This document shows positions 24,280 through 34,190 of a DNA stretch of 64,000 bases, one piece after another. The DNA is from Octopus vulgaris (taxonomy: Eukaryota), in NCBI GenBank assembly GCA_951406725.2, contig OX597814.1, positions 202,678,001 to 202,742,000 of the forward strand, read 5' to 3'. Every line of letters starts with the position of its first letter. Position 1 is the stretch's first letter. The notes beneath the pieces were generated by a model that did not search any database, had not been told where the DNA came from, and was given only the letters and a program-made list of their open reading frames with translations. The translations under genes were made by a program, and so were the position numbers.

Positions 24280-24640
24280 AGTAGGTGTTGGCTTCCCGGC
24301 CATATTTTTTTCTGGTTCAGTCCCACTGCATGTCACTTTGAGCAAGTGTCTTTTACTAAAGCTCTGGACTGAGCAAAGTACTATGAGTGCACTTGATACA
24401 AAGAAACTCAAAGAAGCACATCATGTGTGTGTCTTGTCTTGACATCATGACATGATGAACATCATTATGTAAACAGTGGCCCTCATAAAAACATGTCTGG
24501 CCATAGATTAACATTACCATACATGGAAACAGGTGAAGGTTGGCAACAGAAAAGGTATCCCGTTGTAGAGAATCAGCCTCAGCAGTTTCCATCTGACCCA
24601 TGCAGACATGTAAAGTAGATGCTAAAACCAATCGTGATGT
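24280..24640 (+). mobile_element. SINE with family A head but RTE-type tail
   Basis: ggttcagtcccactgcatgtcactttgagcaagtgtc head. Tail ggttggcaacagaaaaggtatccc..gtag...acccatgcagacatg..tagatgctaaa. Confidence 0.6.
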
Positions 24641-24729
24641 TAGTGATGGTCGTGGTGGTGGCGGCAGCAGCTGCTGCTGCTGTTGTTGTTGTTTTTCCTC
24701 CGTCTTCCTTTTCTATTGGACTTTCTTCT

Positions 24730-24765
24730 GTTTCTGAAGAAGAGCTTTGCTCGAAACATTAGCGT
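24730..24765 (+). ncRNA. hammerhead-like motif in a Penelope-like 3' end (canonical CUGAAGA core, decayed stem I/III)
   Basis: CTGAAGA-a-gagc[ttt]gctc-GAAA-ca-TT. The element ends in (TA)n at ~24845. Confidence 0.55.
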
Positions 24766-24856
24766 CTGCTAATACTTTACATGTACCAAGTCCTCGCGTT
24801 GTTGTTTTTTTTTAATGTTTGTTGTTCATTTCTTTTGGATTTTATATATATATATA

Positions 24857-25005
24857 TATTGTTATATTTCGGAATGGTCATTTTGCCAGTTTAGCCAATA
24901 AAAACACACGCACTATATATTTGGTGTTATTTATTTTTTGCATTAATCTTAATCGTATTTCTATTGGCTAAACTGGCAATATGACCATTCCGAAATATAA
25001 CAATA
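24857..25005. mobile_element. MITE with ~44-bp TIRs in TA context
   Basis: tattgttatatttcggaatggtcattttgccagtttagccaata and its reverse complement (1 mismatch) at 24962-25005. Confidence 0.8.
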
Positions 25006-25075
25006 TCTGTTTCAACACACGACTTCACATAAAAATTCTTGCACAGCAAATTTATATATATATATATATATATAC

Positions 25076-27044
25076 CATCATCATCATCATCATCGTTTAA
25101 CGTCCGTTTTCCGCGCTAGCACGGGTTGGACAGTTTGACCGGGGTCTGGGAAGCCAGGGGCCGCTCCAGGCTCCAGTCTGATTTGGCAGAGTTTCTACGG
25201 CTGGATGCCCTTCCTAACGCCAACCACTCCGTGAGTGGATTGGGTGCTTTTTACGTGCCACCTGCACAGGGGCCGGGGGGTCCGGCATTGGTCGCGATCG
25301 GTTCGAGCTTTTTAACGTGCCAGCGGCACGGGGGCAACTGGGTCCGGGGTACTTTGGGGATCCGGGGTACTTTGGGGATCTGGGGTACTTTGGGGATCCG
25401 GGGTACTTTGAATGGGTAGGGGGTATGTGGAATTGCTGCAGAAAGCAGCCCGGGTTTTTGCAGTCACAGCATATCTCCAGAGATCTCGGTCTTTCGCCAT
25501 TGCCTCAGTGAGGCCCAATGCTCTGAGGTCATGCTTGACTACCTCATCCCATGTCTTCCTGGGTCTACCTCTCCCCCTGATACCTTCAACTGTTTGGGAG
25601 TGGCACTTCTTCACACATCTCTCTTCATCCATCCGCAGCACATGACCATACCATCGCAAGCGTCGCTCTTGCACACCACATCTGATGCTTCTTATGTCCA
25701 GCATTTCTCTTAGGATGCTTACACTCTGTCTTGCGTGCACACTGACACTACACATCCAGCGGATCATGCTAGCTTCATTTCTTTCAAGTCTACACATGTC
25801 CTCTGCAGTCACTGCCCATGTTTCATTACCGTGAAGCATGGCAGTTCGCACACATGCATCATACAATCTACCTTTCGCTCTGAGGGAGAGACCTTTTGTT
25901 GCCAGTAGGGGTAGGAGCTTTCTGAACTTTGCCCAGGCTATTCGTATTCTAGTGGTGATACTTTCTGTGCATCCACCTCCGCTACTAACTTGGTCACCCA
26001 GGTAGCGGAAACTATCAACTACTTCTAGTTTCTCTCCCTGGAGTGTGATGGAATCTGTTTTCTGAGTGTCTGTTATGTCTATTGTCCCTGTGCATCTGCC
26101 GCACATGAAAGCTATCTTATCTGTTAATTTCCCTTTAATGTTGCTGCATCTCTTATGTGTCCATAACTTACATTGGGTGCATCTTATGGAGTTTCTACCT
26201 GTACCTTTCCTACAGATTGAGCAGGGCCACCTACCCGAGGGGGTGTGTGCTGAGTACCTCTTGCTGCTTACTAATACTTTGGTCTTTGCTACATTTATTC
26301 TAAGGCCCTTTGATTCCAACCCTTGCTTCCACACCCGAAATTTCTCTTCTAGTTCCGGTAGTGATTCTGCTATGAGAGCTAGGTCATCGGCATAGAGGAG
26401 CTCCCAGGGGCATCCCGTTTTGAATTCCTCTGTTATTGCCTGAAGGACTATGATGAATAAAAGGGGACTGAGGGCTGAGCCCTGGTGCACACCTACTTCT
26501 ACCCGGAATTCTTCACTATATTCGTTGCCAATCCTAACCTTGCTGACAGCCTCTCTGTATAGAGCCTGTACAGCCCTTATTAGCCATTCTTCAATCTCCA
26601 GTTTCCGCATCGACCACCAGATAAGGGAACGGGGAACCCTGTCAAAGGCTTTCTCCAAGTCTACAAAAGCTATGTAGAGGGGTTTATCTTTAGCTAGGTA
26701 CTTCTCCTGCAGTTGTCGGACCAGGAATATAGCATCAGTGGTGCTTCTACCTGGTACAAAACCGAACTGCATTTCATCTAAACAAATTCTCTCCCTAATG
26801 AGATGGGTTATGACCTTCTCTGAGACCTTCATCACCTGGTCCAACAGTTTGATACCTCTGTAGTTATTTCTATCTAGAGCATCACCCTTACTCTTGTAGC
26901 AGTTGACTATGGTGCTGCTGCACCAGTCATTGGGTATGACTCCATTGTGAACTACCTGGTTTACAATGCGGGTGACTATGGTATAGCCCACATAGCCAGC
27001 TGTTTTAAGCATCTCAGCAGTGATTCCTGATAGGCCAGGGGCTT
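25076..27044 (-). mobile_element. RTE-clade LINE, 5'-truncated, with (GAT)n tail
   Basis: RT ORF plus 3' UTR ending gttaaacgatgatgatg next to (TA)n. Confidence 0.95.
25312..27044 (-). CDS. RTE reverse transcriptase (partial ORF, open frame) with inserted C4HC3 PHD-like finger
   Basis: KAPG..ITAEMLK, NYRGIKLL, QFGFVPGRSTTDAIF, FVDLEKAFDRVP, GVHQGSALSPLLF, LLYADDL, FRYLG, RRLRWYGHVLRM..RGRGRPRKTW. The first ~56 aa of the ORF-track protein come from the palindrome. Confidence 0.92.
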
Positions 27045-27370
27045 TAACATAAGGGACTAAAGCCATCTGGATATGGCTAGGGACAGGGCAGGGTGGTGGG
27101 GGTGTTACTGTTGCATTTAGCCCCAGGCGAACATCAACGTCGCCAGATAGACTTGACACCATCACGGTGTCCTTTATCCTGCAAAGGGAGATAATTCCCC
27201 GATGAAGCTTCATCGGGGAATTATCTCCCTTTGCAGGATAAAGGACACCGTGATGGTGTCAAGTCTATCTGGCGACGTTGATGTTCGCCTGGGGCTAAAT
27301 GCAACAGTAACACCCCCACCACCCTGCCCTGTCCCTAGCCATATTCAGATGGCTTTAGTCCCTTATGTTA
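27045..27370. repeat. spacerless 326-bp palindrome (2 x 163 bp, 1 mismatch) at the RTE 5' junction
   Basis: Centre gatgaag|cttcatc at 27207/27208. Arms end at taacataagg (27045) and ccttatgtta (27370). Confidence 0.95.
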
Positions 27371-27413
27371 TGGAGCAGTTACTGTCTATATCTCATTTAG
27401 AGAATTATTATTG

Positions 27414-27471
<58 letters not shown>

Positions 27472-28044
27472 AAGATATGTATATGTGGTTGTGTATGTAA
27501 CAAATACTTAACACAGATTATTTTCTGATAATTAGTGGTTGTGTTTTAGAGTTTCTGGCTATTAATTGACATTGGTTTATAGCTGTATAACTTTAATTAA
27601 AACCCTTTCATTGCTTGTTCACGCTTCTGTGAGATGGCTAATTTAACATTGAACACCCACTTAGTTGCATATAGTAGTTCTCTGTTATATAATTCTTATA
27701 TAAGAAATATAAGAAAACACCAGAAGGGTTGGAAGAAAACGATCAGTTCTTTCAAATTTCTCTCTTTTTCCTAGCTTCTTCCTTGTGTTCATGAACTTTG
27801 TTACTAAGGGAACCTCCCCATTGTTGTTCAACATGCTAGAAATAACAACCAAATCTTCCCCAAATCATATATCCACCATCTTCAATAGGGAAAAGAACCA
27901 TTTGATAGTATGTTCTTATAGAGAAAGTTGGGTTGGTCATGGATGGAATGCCTTTGATTATAAGGTCTTCTTCATCAGCATTAACCTAGGAATAGACAAT
28001 AGGTTTCATAGTCTTCGGCATGTAAAGTCTTTAGATATCTTTCT

Positions 28045-28686
28045 ATCTTTTATTTGTTTCAGTCATTAGATTGTGGCCATGCTGGAGCACCTCCTTGAGG
28101 AATTTCTAGTCAAATGAATTGACCCCCAGTATTTTTTTGTTTTTTTTTTAAGCCTGGTACTTCTTCTATTAGTTTCTTTTGCTGAACCGGTAAATTATGA
28201 GGACATAGACACACCAACACCAGTTGTCAAGTGGTGGTGGAGGGACATGTGCATATATGCACACACAATACACACACACACACAATGCACACACACACAC
28301 ACAAACACAACATGCACAACACACAAACACACAACAGATACAACGCACACGCAACACATGCAACACACACACGCAACACATACAACACAGAAACATACAC
28401 AAAACATACAACACACAAACACACATATACACATACATACACACACTCATACACACACACTCACACACACAAACACACACATACACACAACACAACAGAC
28501 ACGTAACACATACAACATACAAACACACATTTATCCAACAGTCTTCTTTCAGTTTCCATCTACCAAATCCACTCACAAGTTTGAGGCTATAGTAGAAGAC
28601 TCTTGCCCAAGGTACCACACAGTGGAGCTAAGCCCAGAAGCATGTGCTTGGGAAGCAAGCTTTTTACTATACAGTCATGCACGCAT
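28045..28686 (-). mobile_element. SINE family A with expanded CA-rich tract
   Basis: Tail at 28045-28100, head at 28545-28686, CA expansion at 28255-28530. Confidence 0.8.
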
Positions 28687-29139
28687 CTATATGTCTTATG
28701 TATGTCACTGTTTTATAGCATATATGATCTTTAAGCAACTTCAGTATATATCACTATTTATAGTTTCCAAAGTCCTTCAATATCTTCTGTTATACCACTG
28801 GTTTACAACAGGTGATGTCTTTAACCTTTCTGATATCAACCCACTCAAAACTACTCCCTCTTCTATGAAACCAATTCTCTCAAAATTAAAACCCTCCATC
28901 AAAAGTTTTGGGTTAATTTATGTTTCAAACACTGACATAATACCAACCAGGGTATTTTCCTAATTTCTTCATTATTTTTCAAAATTGTAATTGAAATAAA
29001 GACAGTGTACTTCACCAGAAAAACATGAACAAAAGTGTTAAGCAACTTCTGTATAATACTATTTATAGCATACAATATCTTGAGATATCTGATGTATATC
29101 GTCATTTTACAGCATACACTGTCTGTAGACAACCTATAT

Positions 29140-29352
29140 ATATACTACTGTCCTTCTCGCGACTGACCACTGTCAGACACGCATTTTTTTCTCTCCTTGT
29201 TTTTTTCTGTGTATCTTCCTGTCGAAGAGCATAGGCTCGAAACGTAAAAGACTTTTTCTATTTCTATTCCTGAGCGCTATACTAATACATTTGTTTGTTT
29301 GTACTCCACCTGCCTTCGTCTTTTGTTTATTTTCGTAAACCTTCCCGTTATA
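29140..29352 (+). mobile_element. Penelope-like 3' end family P3 with hammerhead-like motif
   Basis: CTGTCGA-a-gagc[atag]gctc-GAAA-cg-TA-aaaga at ~29219-29251. (TA)n on both sides. Other copies at 39283-39462 and 41396-41543. Confidence 0.65.
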
Positions 29353-29444
29353 TATATATATACAAAAATTAAAAAATTTAGAGTTCCATCTATGGGCTGT
29401 ATCAGAGACGGGCTAAGTAATATGATATATTTCATATTATCAAA

Positions 29445-29735
29445 ACTGACACTCCCCTCATCAGGATGTTTTTTACACCAACCAGGCTGTCAGATGTTGT
29501 TACACACCGCAGGTTACAGTGCGCTTTTTGCATTGTTTTAGCCTTCATGTGCTGCCACCTCACTGGCAAGGTGAGCAGGCCAACATTCCCCTCCTGATCA
29601 AAAGGGGGATTGGAACAATGTGAAATGAAGAGTTTTGCTCAAGAACATGATGCACCGCCCAGCTTGGGGATCAAAACCACAACCTTGTGATTGTGAGTGC
29701 AACAGCCTAACCACTAGGCCATGTACCTTCATATA
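29445..29735 (-). mobile_element. tRNA-derived SINE family C
   Basis: Reverse complement gives tggcctagtggttagg...gatcccc...cttgagcaaaac...gaaggctaaaacaatgc...caacatctga, the same family as 60755-61053. Confidence 0.7.
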
Positions 29736-29779
29736 TAGCATATATATACATATAGCATATACAATATTTTTATGTGTTT

Positions 29780-29985
29780 AAGGCGGCGAGCTGGCAGAAA
29801 TGTTAGCACACTGAGCGAAATGCTTAGTGGAATTTCATCTGTCTTTACGTCCTGAGTTCAAATTCCACCAAGGTCGACTTTACCTTTCATCCTTTCGGGG
29901 TCAATAAATTAATTACCAATTGAATACTGGGGTTAATCTAATCAACTGGCCCCCTCCCCAAAATTTTCGGACCTTGTGCTTAGCA
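29780..29985 (+). mobile_element. SINE family B
   Basis: aaggcggcgagctggcagaaatgttagc... Confidence 0.85.
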
Positions 29986-32544
29986 TAAGAATATTTTTAT
30001 GTATTTTGTAAATCACCATTTAACGACATATTTATTCCTGCTGCTATAGAAAAACTGTAGTACATAACAACTATCTCACTCCTTATTTTACAATAATTTT
30101 ATCAATATTCTACATTTATTGATCTATTTTTGCCACTGTCGTTTAGGTTATCAAAAGATAACTGCATCTCTTCTCATTTATAAGGTGTGTGGCTGGCTCA
30201 ACATTTGGATCATGTGTCGCTTTTCAATTACACTGTAAATTCATCTTAATTAGAGGCAATGTATATAATGTCCATAATTTTTGATTATGAAGATGATAAT
30301 TATTACAGATATTGACTTAATCAATTATGATATGCAGATAAATTTTACACTTGTCGTAATATTAACTTCTTCCAATAGAAAACATGTATCTTCAGTATCT
30401 CAATTACAGACTGCTAATTAACTTTTCTACTTTTAAAAAGAGAAATCAATGTGATTATATTTATTTTGATAGACTAATATAGATTGAACATGTTTATTAA
30501 CAGCAAACTGTTATGTCTTCACGCTCTCCCCCTCTATTGTTTATATAATGCTGAGAGAATATTAAAATATGTAACATATATCTATTGACTTCTCTGCTTG
30601 TATGTGTTGCTTGATTGAGGCCAAGGGCCTCAAGCGTTCAACTTCTATTTAGTAGTTTTGTTGTTGTTGTTATCATGTAATCTCAGATAGTTTAATGTAA
30701 CATCAGAAATATTGGTTACCAAATTATGTGTTTGTGAAATACACACATATACAGGAGTGGCTGTGTGGTAAGTAGCTTGCTTGCCAACCACATTGTTCCA
30801 GGTTTGATTTATTTTTTCAGCATACAGTTTTCATCATCCCACTACCAAGTATGACATCACCCCTTCCTTCCTTATTCATCTATCACCCCTTACTTTCTCA
30901 TTCATAAACACAAGAGTATTATTATAGCAGATTATCTCGGTAACTATGGGTGCTATGAAAAAAAATACAAAGCCGAGCAACACCACTGAATCATTCTACA
31001 CATCTGTGTAATTTTTCATGCAATTCCACCCAGCCGTTTGACCATGAATCCCAAGACAAGAAATAATCACCCATGTCAAATTTATATATATAGATACATA
31101 TGTATGTATGTGTGTATATATATGTATGTGTATGTATATATACATTGTTGTATTTTGGGATACTCATTTAAAAATAATTTTTTTGTGAAATAAACACACA
31201 CACTAGGCATGGCTGTATGGTAAGTAGCTTGCTTGCCAACCACATGGTTCCAGGTTCACTCCCACTGCATGGCACCTTGGGCAAGTGTCTTCTATTATAG
31301 CCTCGGGCTGAGTAAAGCCTTGTGAGTGGATTTGGTAGACACAAACTGAAAGAAGCCCGTCATAATATATAGTAGGCTTATGTACCATTTATAGCTTACT
31401 AGAGTCCAGTGGCTATAGAAGACTTTTACCCAATATCCGGCTTCTAGTGGCATCAAACCAAGAACTTACATGCCTATATAGTGAAATTCTTGACCACTGT
31501 GCTTTGCTAGAGTTAGTTGTAGTTCTTTATGGCAAAATAACTGAATCACGTAATGTTAAAAGAAATAATATTCTATTTGTATTCTTAGTTATACATCTCA
31601 AATTTACTTATGTATATATTAAACTATATATTTGGTGTTATTGCAACTTCCTGTCATATGATATTGATTATCATTATACAATACTAATGACTTAACTACT
31701 CAATCAAACCTGCACTTATAATATTTCAATTAATATAATTAATATTTATTCTGATTATTCTGGCTTGGATGGATCTGTTATACACCATATTTCTAAGCAC
31801 TTGAAATATCTCTGTGAAGACAAGATTTCTAAATCTTTGTCTAATTAACTCATTTCAAGTCTTCCACGGTTGACTTCTGTGTTCTCCCTGCATGTATCTC
31901 TACTACCAAATCAAACCACTTAGTCTTCTAATTTGCATTCACCATTTATATTAAATATCATACTGATTTAAGTAATTTCCTTTTGATACGACAACTAATG
32001 TGATTATCCAGTTTCACTTCGTTTATAATTCGAGTGTAGCTCACATCGTATATTTAACACAGACAAGCTGTACCCCTCTCACTACTTTAAAATCTCTGAC
32101 AAACCTTTGACCTTGCAACTCTGCCTCTAACTAAACAAAATTATTATAGGGCATTCATGCATTCAAATATTACGGTAACATGAGCTACGAATATAAAACA
32201 ATAAATAAATAAAACTAATGCAAAATAATCAACCAAGAAATAAATATCCACTGACAGAATGTATCACAAGTTCATGTGTAAGTGTGTGTGTGTGTTATAT
32301 CATCATCATCATCATCATCATTTAATGTCCGTTTTCCATGCTAACATGGGTTGGACAGTTCGACCGGGGTCTGGGAAACCAGACTGGCTGCACCAGGCTC
32401 CAATCTGATTTTAGCAGTGTTTCTACAGCTGGATGCCCTTCCTAACGACAACCACTCTGTGAGTGTAGTGGCTGCTTTTTTACGTGCCACCGGCACAGGA
32501 GCCAGAGGAGGCTGGCAATGGCCACGATCGGTTGGTGCTTTTTA

Positions 32545-33373
32545 CTTGTCAGAAGGCCTCCAAGAAAGTGAAACTATCCATGTTACATGATAAAAACAGT
32601 GAGGTTTGGGGGTAAAAGTCTAATGCTGTGGGGATACATAAAAAGTGATGGTTCAAGAAATTTGGTTAAAATTGACGCAAACTTGAATAGTGCCAAATAA
32701 ATGCAGTTGCTGAAGGACAATTTGATACCAGACTTGGAGGAAGGTGAGATTTTTCAGCATGATGAGACTCCATGCCACAGATTGCAGACAACACAACAGA
32801 GACTGGCTAATGAAGGTGTTATTGCATTGAAAGAATGGCCAGCTCAGAGCCCTGACTTAAATATCATCAAGCAAATGTGGACAGAACTAAAGAGGAGGGG
32901 TTGTCAGAAGAATCCACGCAATCTTGAAGGATTGTGGGAGCTCAGCCACAGAGAATGGCATCTCATACCTGTGAAGATGGCAAAGGATTTGTACACATCT
33001 CTTCTCAGGTACATGGAAGCAATTATTCAAGCAAAGGGAAGCCACATGAAATATTAATAATGTACAGTAACTTCTTGAAATGCACATTGTGTAATAAGTT
33101 TTCATTATAGACATTTCTAAAACACTGTATCTTGATTGGTTTATGTGAGGTGGGCAAAAACATTTGCATAGCCATTTTTGGTGGTTGTCTTGCTTCTTCC
33201 TCTCTCGTTCAGAACCCCTACTCTACAAAATATAATGATCAGAAATGGAAATGACTTTGACAGGGCCAATGTTTCATCTATAAAATATGCAATGAGAAAC
33301 AGCCACTTGTATGTTGGCAATTAGTAGAAATTTACAAAAATTTGAAGTCACCGAAAACTTTTGCACGGTACTG
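32545..33373 (+). mobile_element. Tc1-family DNA transposon 3' remnant (transposase pseudogene + right TIR)
   Basis: VMLWG-like segment, IFQHDETPCH, EWPAQSPDLNIIKQMW, IIQAKGSHMKY. Ends aaacttttgcacggtactg|TA, a CAGT-type TIR. Confidence 0.85.
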
Positions 33374-33443
33374 TATATATGTATGTATGTATGGGTATGT
33401 ATGTATATATATATATATATATATGTGTATGTATGTATGTATG

Positions 33444-33474
<31 letters not shown>

Positions 33475-33744
33475 ATATATATTTATATATATGTATATAT
33501 ATATTTATATATATGTATATATATATTTATATATATGTATATATATATTTATATATATGTATGTATATATATATTTATATATATGTATGTATATATATAT
33601 TTATATATATGTATGTATATATATATTTATATATATGTATGTATATATATATTTATATATATATGTATGTATATATATATTTATATATATATGTATGTAT
33701 ATATATATTTATATATATATGTATATATATATGTATATATGTGT

Positions 33745-33820
<76 letters not shown>

Positions 33821-34190
33821 GTATATATATGTGTATATGTATGTATATATATATGTATATATATGTGTATATGTATGTATATATGTGTATATGTATGTAT
33901 ATATATGTATATATATGTGTATATGTATATATATATATGTATATATATGTGTATATGTATATATATATATGTATATATATGTGTATATGTATATATATAT
34001 GTATATATATGTGTATATGTATATATATATGTATTATATATATGTGTATATGTATATATATGTATATATATGTGTATATGTATATATATATGTATTATAT
34101 ATATGTGTATATGTATATATATATGTATATATATATGTATGTATATATATATGTATGTATATATATGTGTATATGTATATATATGTGTAT
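33374..34190. repeat. (TA)n/(TATG)n compound microsatellite
   Basis: Directly visible. Confidence 0.97.

Noticed and set aside
27208-27370. HDV-like ribozyme in the palindrome arm (ggggctaa motif)
   Set aside because: Could not fit the P1/P3/P1.1 nested pseudoknot by eye in either orientation.
27202-27528. ORF sharing its N-terminus with the RTE ORF
   Set aside because: A by-product of the palindrome that runs into (TA)n.
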